The position numbers and the translations under genes are program-made. 64,000 nucleotides of DNA, taken from Epithemia pelagica (taxonomy: Eukaryota > Protista > Bacillariophyta). How positions within the stretch are numbered: the stretch's first letter is position 1; every line of letters begins with the position of its first letter. The notes beneath the pieces were generated by a model. The model was not told the origin of the DNA. It saw only the letters and a list, made by a program, of their open reading frames with translations, and ran no database searches. The stretch covers positions 1,984,001 to 2,048,000 of the forward strand of contig OX337237.1 of assembly GCA_946965045.2 (NCBI GenBank), read 5' to 3'. Of the stretch, positions 26,315 to 39,110 are shown one piece after another.

Positions 26315-26328
26315 GATTAACAGTCTCA
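26315..26328 (+). promoter_or_regulatory. Copia-3 primer-binding site, complementary to the tRNA-Asn(GUU) anticodon arm
   Basis: gattaacagtctca abuts the LTR; reverse complement is TGAGA-CTGTTAA-TC. Confidence 0.7.
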
Positions 26329-28303
26329 TTGGCTTGATTTCCCGCGGAGTTGTCTTTTCCAAGTCGGAAGGTTGGACTTATCTCTAATCCATCCTCTTAT
26401 CCATCCTATACTACCCTACGACACGACACGACGGTGACGACCGATTCTACGCGAGACTTATTACGACGAGACTACGGGACACAAGTGGAGACATCGGACT
26501 GACGGAGAGACCGCAGCTACCCAACCATGACCAAGTACAAGTGGAGACAACGGACTGATGGAGAGACCGCAGCTATCCGACCACGACCATTCGCATCCGA
26601 CCACGACCAAGCGATCGGCGGACATACGGAGATATGCGGAGAACTACGAGAACATCGGAGAACGACGACGAGCATCCTACGGAGAACGAAGAACACGTCC
26701 GGGGACACAGGGAGTCACTGACATCTAGGGCTTGAGGGAAAGCGGTCTTGAAAGTACCACCCAACCTATCTCTGTCATACAGCCACCCTGTCTCAGCGCC
26801 AATCGTTGAGCGAGTACGATATCGAGAATGTGCAAGAGGTCCCTGCCTGGCATTTGCGTTGGACCTGGGGAACTACTAAGAACTGGCTTAGAGAAGCCCG
26901 AATCCGCCAGTGTGGCCGAACAGCGACTGCAGAATCCTGTTCGTGCATATCTGCTACGTCTGTTACTGATACTGAAGTCACGGGACCGGGTCAGTATTAG
27001 GTGAAAAGTAGGGGTAGCTCATGTTCTACCATCAAGACCCACTAAGTAAATATTACGCACGCTTATCGTGTTTTCGTGGGATTCAAGTTTCAAGCTTAAC
27101 CAAGATTCACAAACAAGAATCAAGACATTCGAACACGACCAAATTTCAAGATCTACGACTAACATTTCGTGCTACAAGACCAAGTTTCCAAGACTCCAGT
27201 TCACACGACTCATCCATAAGACCCAAGTCTATTTGCCCAACCAATTCTTGCGGTCATAATGTCTGCGAGCGGCGATCCCGTTACCCGTTACGCCTATTTC
27301 AACCATGTCGGAGCGTTCCACCAACAACTTGGAATACACCCAAGCCATGATGGGGGATTTATACAACGATTACTCCCCAGCTACCGAACGCCAGGTTACC
27401 GCCCTACGCCATCTGCTTCACAATGTCGCGTCACTCCCGCGATTCCTCAGCTTTGGCGGTGTCATCACGTGCCCTATGATGTACACCAACTTGTACCATT
27501 TGGCGATGTTCTTGGAGATTGACCCCGGTGCGCTCGACCAAATCCGTGCCAGTCATCCCATTGAAGACTACAACGACCCTGTCCGGTTACTCACGTTCCA
27601 CGAAATTTACCGTCTTGTTTGTGTAGCCAAGTTTACGTACGAAATTCTCGGGGCACAGTTCCGCAGCGGGCATGACATCACCCTCATCACGCAAGAAGAT
27701 TTTGTCCGTTATGAGGAATCCCATCCTCTACGTGGACCGCTAGAAGGTGAGCCATCCGTTTCCCAGTGTTCTGCCAAGAAATCAAAGAAGAAGAAACACA
27801 AGAAGAAGAAAGACTCTAACCGCTCTCGTCTTCTCCCCTTTCAGAATCTGTCACCTGGTATCCCCCCATCCGCCATGGGTACCCAGAGATCTCTGACGGG
27901 GATGTCGATTAACCTACGGAATAAATTAACCCATAGTGTTACTCCTACACCCGGCTTACATGGTCCGCCTACTATCAATGAAGGCGAAGTCTTTCACGAT
28001 CCTCAGCTATCTATCCCTAACTCCCATAATAGTGATAGCTCCTCAAGTTCATCCTCTAGCTATGTCCATCTTACCGATGACAACGATAGCGATAGTAGTG
28101 ATGATGGCCTAGATGCTAGGAACTTCAGGAAAGGAGTCAAACGGGATATTAGCATGTATAGCAATTTCAAGGATGACAAGCAGTGGTATGCCTGCTATCG
28201 GGATACCCTTGCTACAGCTAGAGTCCACGGGACTCATCAGCTCTTTGACCCTAGCTACTACCCCAAGACCCGGAAGGAATCTGCCCTTTGGCTCGAAATC
28301 CAG

Positions 28304-30084
28304 GGACACCCGCTACTTTGGTAGCGGAATGGACTTTTCCGCTTTCATAGTAGTCTTCCTATTCAGTACAGTGTGATTTCAGCGACTCCCTACAATACAA
28401 TAAAAATTGTACTTAAGAATCCGATTTCCGTCGATTTCTTGTATTTAAGAACTTTGATCTTGAATCATGACCACTATTTATCATGATCGTTAATAAAGGG
28501 TTTCGCTGAAATAAGCCGTGACCTGCTGGCTCGAAACCAAGTCGAAACAACGACACGAACCCGAAACAAAGTCGAAACAAAGTCGAAACAAACCGAAACA
28601 GGTCAAAACAAACCGAAACAAACCCGAAACAAACCCGAAACAAACCCGAAACAAACCCGAAACAAACCCGAAACCCGAAACAAACTCGAAACCAAGCCGG
28701 ACAGACAGACAGATTAAACCTTAACTCTAATAAATTATTTTACCACCCTTCACACCTGCCATGCATCATGCGTCCTCTCGTAAGAAATGACAGTTGGCAT
28801 GCTGCCACGATTCAAATTTTGGATGCTCCATGACAAAAAATCTTGGCATATCAACCTTCAACCATCAACCATCAACCATCAACCATCAACCATGAAGTGA
28901 ACAAATCCTAGCTACCTGACACAGCCTTCTTGTGGGTTTCTTTCTAACATGCTGTTTTTTAGGAGTAGCTTTCTTCTGTCTCATTCAGGATAATAGTAGA
29001 GTGTTAATCTTCCAGAGAATTTCTTACTTCGTTGCGGCTTCTGTCTGCATTCAACATCACCATTACCCATAGCAATACCCTTGAAAATAGACCAAAACCA
29101 CAGCTCTGAACAAATCCTGTCGACTCTGTGGTCCATAGAGACAAGGATTAGACTGCTCTAGATAATATTGAAAACTTGGAGTAGTGGCAAGATGAATAAA
29201 ATGGGGCATGTCTTCTTTGTTTGTTTCCGACACAACAAAGTATTCAGTCGTCTACAGGAACAATGAATGAGACTAACAAAATGATGGTAGGGAGAAATCC
29301 ATGCTATAGAAGATAAGGAAGCAGCCAACAAGCAATATAACATTTCTACAAATAAGGCAAGGAAGATTTGTGACGGCTGGCCTACTAAAATGGCTCGTCC
29401 TTCACTTGAGAAAGGCATAATCAAAAACCAAACATCAAAAGGGACAATGCGAGGGACTAAATTGATAATTAATGAGCATATCTATCCTCTAAATGGGAAG
29501 GAACCAAGCTACTCCTAATCAACAAGGCTGCTTCAGGTCGCAAGATTCGTCAGCATTTCTCGCTCCATGGTCAAGATTTTTGTGAGAGTCGAAACTCGAG
29601 AGCATCCCAACTAAAAGCAAGACGCCAACTCGCCCTTACGACTTAGGAGTACGATGGAAGAATACTTACAAAGACTCGTGGCAAGTGTTGCGGGCGGTAG
29701 ACTTCACACATTAGAGTCTGTCTGTCTGTCTGTCTGTCTGTCTTCGGAACAAAGTCAAAACAAAGTTGAAACAAACCGAAACAAGTCGAAACAAACCGAA
29801 ACAAAGTCGAAACAAAGTCGAAACCAGCCGTTAAATACGGGACCAACCCGAAACCAGACATGACACAAACTCGAAACATTTAGCGATTATCCCAATCCAC
29901 GACTCAGTTGCGACATTGAAAAAGAAATAGTTAACATAATTTTTTGTTTTGAGCACGTGTCCCTCGATTACTATACTAAGAGTACGGAAAATAAAGCTAG
30001 CTAGCTAAAACAGCGATCATCCCTAGCTACCCAGTTGCCGGAATAGGTAAAATTCTCAAGTGGGAACCAAAATCACGGGTGTCC
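28304..30084. mobile_element. Non-autonomous TIR element (PIF/Harbinger-like), 1781 bp
   Basis: TIRs GGACACCCG...CGGGTGTCC with further imperfect pairing, 3-bp TSD CAG (28301-28303 and 30085-30087), internal gaaacaaa arrays, no intact ORF. Confidence 0.8.
28530..28720. repeat. Subterminal ccgaaacaaa/gtcgaaacaaa array
   Basis: Many 9-11 bp units. A similar same-orientation array lies at ~29745-29880, and (aaccatc)n at 28860-28893. Confidence 0.85.
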
Positions 30085-31364
30085 CAGCAGTTCATGTACT
30101 CCGTGTTCTGCCGTGTGCTCCAGACTGCCTCTGGGCGCATGATGGTCAAACGTCACGAAGAACGTGCAGATGCCCAAGCTATAGCTACGGCGCTATGTGA
30201 GCACCTACGAACGCTCTATAGTAGCTCAGACCAATGTGCAGGATGTTCGCGCAGGACTCGCGCAGCTCCGCATTAAGGACTGGAAGAGCTCGAAACAAGC
30301 CTTCCTTAACCACTGGGAGTCGCAGTGGATGATCGTTGATCGCTGCACGGCGCACGCTGATCGCGAGTCCGACGCTGTTCGGAAAACTATGCTTTGCACG
30401 GCACTACGTGATGAACCGGAATTCTTAAGCCTACAACATCAGGACAATATCTTCCAGGCTCAGGGTAACTCACCGATTACCTATGATAATTATCTTACGC
30501 TGCTCCGTTCTACGGCCTTCAATATCGATTCTAGGCACACGGGCAAGCCTCGTCGTCAAGCTAATACTGCCAATCAGACTTCCTCTAGCTCTAGTTCCCA
30601 TAACAAGGGGGGACATGGCAAAGGGGGGGCGTCTCATGGCAGTAAGGGGGGGAATTCTACCTCAAATCGAATTTCAGTCCCGAAAGAAATCTGGAGTCAA
30701 CTTCCTCCGGACGCTCGACAGGCTATCATCACTAAGAACAAGTCCCAATATCAGGCTAACTCTAGTGAACAAGAAAACTCAGGCAAGATACTCAAGGCAT
30801 TATGGGACCAACTTCCTCCCAATGCAAGAAAGGCTATTGCTTCTTCTAACAAGAGCAATCGGTCTAGTAATCAAAGCCGTCAGGCAGCTCCTCAAGATAG
30901 TGCATATATCTCTGAAACTACCATAGCTACCACGACAACTACACCACCAAGTCCGTCGACCCAGTTCGCGATCTCGCCAAGTCAAGCCAGCAACCAGACA
31001 CTCCTCAATAATCTCTTATCCAACGCTCGATCTGATAACAGCGAGCGAGTCATCAGCAGTACGGGCGCGATCTACCAACGCGTGTCGGGAAGTGGCTCCA
31101 CACGGAGCATCAACATGGCAAGTGTTACTTACCGGTGCACGCAAGCCGCAGCATCTACCACTCTGCCGGGCTCGCTCATTGATGGCGAAGCGAATGGAGG
31201 ACTTGCTGGTGAAGACATACGCGTTCTGAGTTACACGGATAGAAGTGCTGACATCACGGGAATTGGCGACAGCCATATGGAAGATGTTCCCATTGTGACG
31301 TGTGCAGGTGTCGTTCAGACAACACGTGGTCCAATCGTAATCATCATGAACCAGTACGCCTACT

Positions 31365-34300
31365 ATGGAAAAGGGAGTACTGTGCACTCTACAGCCCCAT
31401 TTTGGCAATACGGTTGACGACACGTCGGCTATGATCCCTGGCCATCAGCAACGCATGGTTACAGTGGACCAATGGGTAATTCCCTTTCAATGCCGCCAAG
31501 GATTAATTAGGATGCCTATGCATCCTCCTACGGATGAAGAACTAGATACACTACCTACAGTAGTGTTATCTAGTGATGTCTTATGGGAACCTGGTGTATT
31601 AGATCACGAAATTAATGTCGAAGAAGATGTATATCACGAAGCTATGGAGTCTCCTGAAGAACTAGAGGAGTTCAACTCCTTCGATCCTAGGTACAACGAG
31701 ACCGGCCACTACCTACATGTGGACTGTGTCGCTCGTGTCCTAGAGGCCTATCAAGCAAGAACACATCCCGGTCAACCTATGGATACCGATGACGAGCTAA
31801 ATGCTACAGTCAATCCCAGGATTAGGCGTCTCAACAGCTATGACTGTGAGAAGCTCAGGCCCTATCTCCTCTGGCTACCCCTAGATCGCGTCAAGAAAAC
31901 ACTAGAGAACCCTACTCAGTGGTTTCGCAACATGTACCGTATTCCATTCAGGAAGCATTTCAAGTCACGGTTCCCGGCCTTCAACGTCCCTCGACGTCAT
32001 GAGCCAGTTGCTACCGATACTATGTGGTCCGAAGTTCCCGCTATAGATAGAGGAGCTAAAGGTGCCCAAGTCTTTGTCGGACGTACGACCAAATTCGTCG
32101 ATGTCTATCCTGTCCGTACCGATGGAGAATATGTCCAGACCCTAGAGGACAATATTTGCCGGCGCGGGGCAATGGATATGCTAATGCCAAGGCACAACTC
32201 AGTAACAAGGTCAAGGATATCCTACGTATGTACAAGATCGCCGACTATCAGAGCGAGCCACACCACCAGCACCAAAATTTTGCTGAACGCACGATTGGAT
32301 TCCTCAAGGACACGTGCAATAGGGTTCTCACCTTTACTGGTGCCCCTACCAATTTGTGGTTTCTGTGTCTATCCTATGTCGCGACCGTCCTCAACATATG
32401 TTCGCTCGAATCCCTTGATAACCTATCCCCCCACCAGAAGTTAACCGGACAACGGCCCGACATCTCTGCCGCTACATGTTTTCTATTTTATGAACCGGTC
32501 TATTACTCCGAAAACGGCCAATTTCCTACCCCACAAGAACATAAGGGGAGATGGGTAGGCTTTGCTGATAATGTGGGTGACGCCCTGACGTTCCAAATCC
32601 TTAGCGATGATACCCAACGTATTGTTCATCGCTCTGCGGTACGGTCTGCTCTCATCGAGTCGGAGCGTAACCGTCAGCTTGATCCATTCGAAGGGGAGAA
32701 TTCTCAGAAGGCCATTCAAGAAAAAGTCCATTCCCGAGATTTTGAGTCGGATGGATGTCCCCCACCACCAGTTTTTTTGCCTTTGGATGAAACCGACCTC
32801 GTTGGTCGCACCTTTCTTACCGACCCCACTGAAGACGGTCGCAGATTCCAAGCTACCGTTGTTAGCAAGATCCAAGAGCTAGACAACGACACACAAGAAG
32901 CTAGAGAGAAATATCTAGTTAAGGTGCCCCACGAAGAACATGATCGTATTATGGGATATCAGGAGCTCATATACGCCCTATCTACCCAAGAAATCAACCT
33001 CAAGGAAGGTAAAACAGAAGATCTTACATTCTGGAATTGGAAACAAATCCAATCGCATGAAGGCCCACTATCCCCTACACATCCTAGCTACAAAGGATCC
33101 AAGTATAATCTTGTTACTGAGTGGGAAGACGGTTCAGTCACACATGAACCACTAGACATCTTCTGCAAGGATGCTCCTATGGCATGTGCCACATATGCAA
33201 AAGACAATGGGCTATTGTCCGCTCTAGGATGGAAAAGATTCAAGCGTCTCCTTGAAGCTGAAGAACGAATGGAACGATCTATCAAGAAAGCTAAACATAA
33301 TCATAACAAGATCAAGTACATGTATGGTGTTCGCATTCCGCGCAATCCAGCCGAAGCGCTTCGTTTTGATGAAGAAAATGGCAACACTAAATGGCTTGAT
33401 TCAATGAAACTAGAGATACAGCAGTTAATGGATTACCAGACCTTTATAGTCAAGGGAACTAATGTCTACATGCCTGCTGATTTCACCAAGATTAGATGCC
33501 GCATGGTCTTTGCCGTCAAACATGATGGTCGCCATAAGTCACGATTCGTGGCAGGTGGACACCTGACAGACGATCCTGGGGAAAGTGTGTATTCTGGAGT
33601 AGTATCTCTCAGAAGTATCAGACTTATCCTCCTGATTGGTGAGCTCAATGGCTTACAGGCTTATCAAGCTGATGTTGGGAATGCGTACCTCGAAGCGTAT
33701 ACAAAAGAAAAGGTATACTTCGAAGCTGGTCCAGAATTTAGAGCATTTTGTCTTGAAGGGTACACTATGGTTATAAACAAGGCACCTTACGGTCTCAAGA
33801 CATCTGGGAAACGTTATCACGAACGCTTTGCCGACACAATGCGTTATGACGGATTCACCCCATGTCGCGCCGACACAGACGTTTGGATGAGACGTAATGG
33901 TAATGTCTATGAATACATTGCTGTATATGTACCTACTGTTGATCATGAAGAACCCAAGAGAATATCTTGACAGACTTGTCAATGTCCACAAGTATAAGCT
34001 CAAAGGTGATGAGCCTCTCAGTTTCCACCTTGGCTGTGATTTTGGTAGAGATCCTGATGGCACACTCTACTATAAGCCCAAGAAGTACATTCAGAAGATG
34101 GTCAGTACTTATGAAAAGATGTTTCCAGGGGAGACCTTGAGGAAACAATCATCCCCATTACAAAGTGCTGATCATCCTGAACTTGATGAAACAGATTTCT
34201 TGGATGAAGAGGGCATAGCAAAGTACATGTCAATGGTTGGCGCTACACAATGGTTAGTCACACTTGGCCGATTTGATGTAGCAATTGCTGTAAACACACT

Positions 34301-35027
34301 ATCTTCATACCGTGTTGCCCCAAGAATTGGACACATGGATCGCATGAAACGTCTCTATGGATACGTCAAGCATTTTCAAGATGGAGCCATAAGAGTCAGG
34401 ACAGGTATTCCTGATTATAGTGAACTCAAAGGAGAAGAACATGATTGGTTGAATTCCATTTATGGAAATATTGATAAAGAACTTCCTCAAGACATGCCGA
34501 CGCCGTTAGGAAAGAAGGTCAGGATTTCTGCATTCTTTGATGCAAATCTATATCATGACCTCATCACAGGACGTGCAATGACCGGTGTGCTGATGTTTGT
34601 CAACAAGACCCCTGTAGATTGGTACTCCAAGAAACAAAGTACTGTCGCCACTGCGACGTTCACTTTAGAGTTCATAGCAGGACGTACTATGACTGATCAA
34701 GTTCTGGATCTTCAATACACGCTTAGGATGTTGGGAGTCCCTCTAGATTACCACACCTATGCATTTGGAGACAACAAGCCTATTATCACTCAGTCGACAG
34801 TGCCTGAATCACAGCTGACAAAACGTTGGAACGCCCTAGCTTTCCATCGAGTCCGTGAAGCCGTCGCAAGTGGGATCCTCAAGTTATATCACATTCCAGG
34901 AGCTGAGAACCCATCTGATGTTCTTACCAAATTCCTTGGATATCAACAAGCTTGGCCTCATCTCAAACCTTTGTTGTTTTGGATGGGTGATACTGCCAAC
35001 ATTTCCCCAAAGGGGAGTGATACCTAG
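31365..35027 (+). pseudogene. pol: Copia-3 pol (integrase, chromo-like domain, RT, RNase H), frameshifted
   Basis: VATDTMWS, SEPHHQHQNFAER, YKGSKYNLVTEWEDG, KSRFVAGGH, DVGNAYLEA, YGLKTSG, FDANLYHD, WYSKKQSTV, NPSDVLTK. Frameshifts near 31400, 32185 and 33940. Confidence 0.92.
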
Positions 35028-35620
35028 ACCACCTATATTGGCTATATTCTCCAATAGGTAGTTCTATAGTCATGAAGAGTCGCGGAAAGTACGCGGCAGA
35101 TCAATCGCATATAGCCTAGATTCCTGTATGAATCTAGATTAGGCACGATTGAGTCACGAAGATCTATTCACTCCTAAATTATGTATACTCCACGATCAAA
35201 CTAGTCCTATGTCTCATAGGCTATGTTATATTTATATTCTCCAAGATCCGCTGGACTTAACCGTATCGCTCTAATCGCGGATTGAGGCGTATCAACCGTG
35301 CGTAAAGAGTCGCAACGGATAGTCTACAGCGAACTATTACGTCAAACTTACATATGCACCTCTAGGTGATATAGGCCTGTGCCGATGACCCTAGACGGCG
35401 ATCTTTTCCGTCTAGAAGCCTTTTACACCTCGATCCAAGATCCAGGATCACCTCAGTGGGAACCTGGGATCGAAAGGATCCAATCTAGATAATCACTTCA
35501 TGTTATCACAATATTTTATCATCAACTATTTGCAATACCCTATCTTATCGTAACTATACCATCGTCGTATCGTTTGTTGTTTCTACAACTTTCTAACCAA
35601 CCCTTCCTTCCAGCTTGTCA
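35018..35620 (+). repeat. Copia-3 3' LTR
   Basis: tgatacctag...cttgtca after the PPT. Confidence 0.95.
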
Positions 35621-38600
35621 CCAGTGGCCCATACACCAACACTTTGAAGAAATTGTTTGTGATGGCTTTCTGTTAAGCCAGTACCTTGAAGGCACCAATA
35701 AACTGGTAAACCCAAGTAATTTGATGACTCTTTGCCCCTTTGGTTGATTTTTTAGCCTTGTAGAATTTCCTTGAGTACATTGTCTGCTTTTTTCCATGCT
35801 CGGTTGTTGAAAAGAGGCTTGCAAGATAGACATTCCTCACCCTCCAGTAGAGCTGACTCGGTGGCAGTACAACTCTTGGCACGCACTCGAAGAAAAACAA
35901 CGTTCTGTGGTACATCATTGCTTCAATTTCTTGGTTTGATTTGCCATCATTCCGAAGTGCTTTCTTTGCTCTATCCAAGGCGTCTGGGTCCCAGGCAAAG
36001 AACGCTTGTGACAGAGCAACAAAAAAGGCCTTCCGAAACTTGTGCTTCACCGGCACTTTTATGTGATCCATGTAATGCCACGGATCTCCCAACACAGATC
36101 TGAATTTATCAACAATTGCGCCTGGAGAACTAGAAAGATGAGAATTCTCTAAGGCAAAGCTGTCTTTGGATAGTGTCTCAAGATATTCAATGATTGCCAT
36201 CTCGTCACGAGTCAAACCACTCCGGAAATTAAGGTCTCTCTCAAAGAAGTTTCCAGAATTATCATTGCCCGTCATATTAGTCGCAGCCATTTCATGCTGA
36301 TTCACATCCACATTGTTTGCAGTGAATGTTGGACCGATAGCCTCCATATTTTTGTCTCCACCACTTTCTATTCTCTCATTTGAGAGATCGCAATCGTCCA
36401 CCAGTATTCGCCATTTTGGTTCCAACGGTGCTGGAGTATCCTCAGTCCTTTCATCATTTTGGTCATCCATTTCATTATCAGAAGGAGACGCTTTATGTAG
36501 CTTCAACATCGTTGTGGGGATTTGTACACGAAAAGGTTGGCCATCAAGGGCAGTATCTCGGAAATGGCAAATCGTGGCTGCCTTTCCATCTCCAGTGGTA
36601 AAACCAGGAATTCTCAGAAATGGTCCAAGAACTTTCTTGACTTCGACAATGCAGCTGCTTTTTTGCTTGCCCTGACAACCTTGGCTTGAGAACAACCGGT
36701 TCCTGCCAGATTGGATCATTGACAAAAGTGCCAATTGCTGCAATTGGGGTCTTTTCAGCGTCACCTGTAGTACCGTGAGATGGGATAACATCAACCTTAG
36801 TTCCTGCTGTAGCATTGTCCGTCTCCAGTCGATGGGCATAGTCCGGGAAACTGATTAGCTTTAGGTAACATTCTAAGGACTTGGTTGCGTCAAGAGCAGC
36901 ATACTCTAGCTGCTCTACCGTGAGATTTGAATTACCCCATTTGGAAGAACGGACACTGTCATCCTTACTCATCCTCTCCTGTAGTAACAACTCAACCAGT
37001 GCCTTCAAACCAATTCTAGCATCATGCACAAGGTCTCGGTCTTTTGCAAGTCGAGCAATGTCCATGCACTTCACGGTGTCTGTCACATCCCGAATGCCAA
37101 AGTCGTCACCAACTATTCGAATGTCACCAAGCACCCTCTTGCCGACAAATGTAATCATACTATCTCTGAACAAATCTAGCAATGAATCTGGCAACCTTGG
37201 TAGTTGCCATACATGCAAAAGCAGGGCTTTGATTGACCCGAACTCATTTTTGTATGCAATCTGCAATAGCCCAACTTTGTCCCGACCGTGTGGAGGAAAC
37301 TTTGTTTTCAACCCATATTCGTATTCCTCATCAAATCCAAGCACCCGATCTTCAATCGGACGTGAGTTCAGCTCTTTCCGAAGTAGTGCAATGGCCCTGT
37401 CAATCTCTTGCATAGATTTTACCAAGTGGTAGTCAGTCGCTTCAACAGAACATATTGGAATGTTGCCAGATGTATTCTCCACGTGCATTGCAACTGTTGG
37501 TATGGTTGAATTCAACTGCGTTTCCATTTTCTTCAGTGATGGCAAATGCTGACTGAAGAATGCAATATCTTCATTAGGTTTGTCCGTAAACAAGAATTTT
37601 GGATGTGCAAATCCATACGCAGAGAGAGTTTCCTTGACACTGGCCAAGGCACGGACCATTTAATCATGGCCGTCGGTAACCACATGAAACTGAAGCCGAA
37701 CTTCACCAAGTTCATTGGTTGCCGTGACAAGGCCTCGAAAGACTCTGCCTCCTCTGAATCGAGTTAATTGTTTAGCTTCTTTATAGGATACGTCCCAGCG
37801 AGGAACTGAAGCTGTCCTTTTTTTAAGCTCACGAAGCATGTGGTCTTCCAGCAAATTTTCATATAACTTGAACGCATGACTGAGATAGTTTGGCGAACAA
37901 GTTCGACCGGCATAGAGCTCTCTATTCGTGAAATTGCTAAACATAGAAACGTCAAGGGCTGGATTGAATTGTTTCTTTCTTGCTATTTCATTCTCTCTCT
38001 GTAACCACTTCCGACTGTGAGTTTTCCGACTAAGCTCGTCTATCAACGCAGCCATCTGCTTGGGACGAATCCCCAAAATGAAGAGGGATCGCATCAGATC
38101 AACAACTATATTGTCCAGACCCGACTTGTGCTTCAAAAATGCTGGAAAATATGACCCTGCATTGTAAGGCAAGGTGGTAAGTATGGCTTCAGAACTTCCA
38201 ATCCAGGTATATGGATCGCCCTGTCTTTTGTCGCGTTTTTCCTCGCACTCCTTGCATATGTATCGGCGTGCCATTACAAAGTAGTGGCCTGTTAATGACT
38301 GCACCCGCCGTGCCACATGGTCTGGCCAACCGTGTGTACAAACAGTTTTCTTGCAATGAGTATTTGGACATTGGAAAAGTCCCCAACGAATATCTGGGAG
38401 CCAGACAAAGACATCTTGATAATAACCCTGCTCTGAAAACTCAATTGAGAGATTAGAACAAATTTTTTTTGCATGGTATGTGCAAATCCAATAATCATTT
38501 GTTTGTAGCATTGTGGTTAGCCAGCGATCAACAAGCTGATTGTTGATTGCCGGTGTTTCCTTCTGTATTTGTAGACGAATTGCCCTCAAATATCGATCCA

Positions 38601-38756
38601 TAATGGAATTGGCCTCTTCTTCAATGTCCACTTCTTGAAAATTATCTTCATCAGGTTCATCAGTCGACTCATCATCACTGTCGTCAAAATTGTCATCATC
38701 AAAGTCATAGCTATAGTCAATGTCCCTCTCTTGCAAGTTGTCTTCGACTGCATTGT
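35621..38756 (-). pseudogene. KDZ/Zisupton-like transposase (DUF6729-type Cys-rich region) with internal DEDDy 3'-5' exonuclease, middle segment
   Basis: CPNTHC..GW..ARRV..YICKEC..LP..FPAFL; WDVSYKEAK..TATNELGEVR; LFTDK; exonuclease GFDEEY, LLQIA, FVGKRVLGD, SKWGNSNLTVEQLEYAALDA; VLGDPWHYM..VPRVVLPP. In-frame TAA at 37660-37662, frameshifts near 36650 and 35800. Confidence 0.7.
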
Positions 38757-38977
38757 TGTGAGGTTGTATATGCACCTATGCTGACATCACCTACTCTCCA
38801 TCTTACTCTCGATTCACAAGATTCCTCCTCGTTCCATACGATTCATTCTTCCAATTTATGTTCCGCATCATCTTACGTGAAATGTTCCGTATCAAGTTCC
38901 GTATCAAACTTTATTACGTAAGACTAGTTTTAACAAAGTATTCTAAAGCTCACAACTTCGAAAACATACAGATCTCA

Positions 38978-38992
38978 GGTTATGAGCCCAAG
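38978..38992 (+). promoter_or_regulatory. Copia-4 primer-binding site, complementary to the initiator tRNA-Met anticodon arm (half-tRNA type)
   Basis: ggttatgagcccaag; reverse complement CTTGGG-CTCATAA-CC. Same type as the Drosophila copia and Ty5 PBS. Confidence 0.85.
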
Positions 38993-39110
38993 TGTATTGC
39001 TCTGTTTGAACGACCGTTTGACTGAGTAACTACGCGTTAACCTCTTTTTAAGTTGTCTTTGAAATTGCAAAGTTCTCACCATTGTTACCACTGGGTTTCA
39101 AGCTCAAGCA

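Larger units (their letters stand above)
27305..31417 (+). pseudogene. gag: Copia-3 gag-protease, split by the 28304-30084 insertion
   Basis: FRKGVKRDISMYSNFKDDKQW...LWLEIQ then QFMYSVFCRVLQT...DAQAI rejoin in frame once the insertion is removed. Protease LIDGEANGGLAGED. Further frameshift near 30200. Confidence 0.85.
25712..35620 (+). mobile_element. Copia-3: Ty1/copia (CoDi-like) LTR retrotransposon, degenerate, containing a nested TIR element
   Basis: 603-bp LTRs 25712-26314 and 35018-35620 (~9 differences by eye), TSD CCAGT (25707-25711 and 35621-35625), PPT aaaggggag before the 3' LTR. Confidence 0.95.

Noticed and set aside
38757-38775. ATG start (MHIQPH) of ORF 37660..38775
   Set aside because: It lies inside the copia-4 LTR; the real N-terminus is at 57948.
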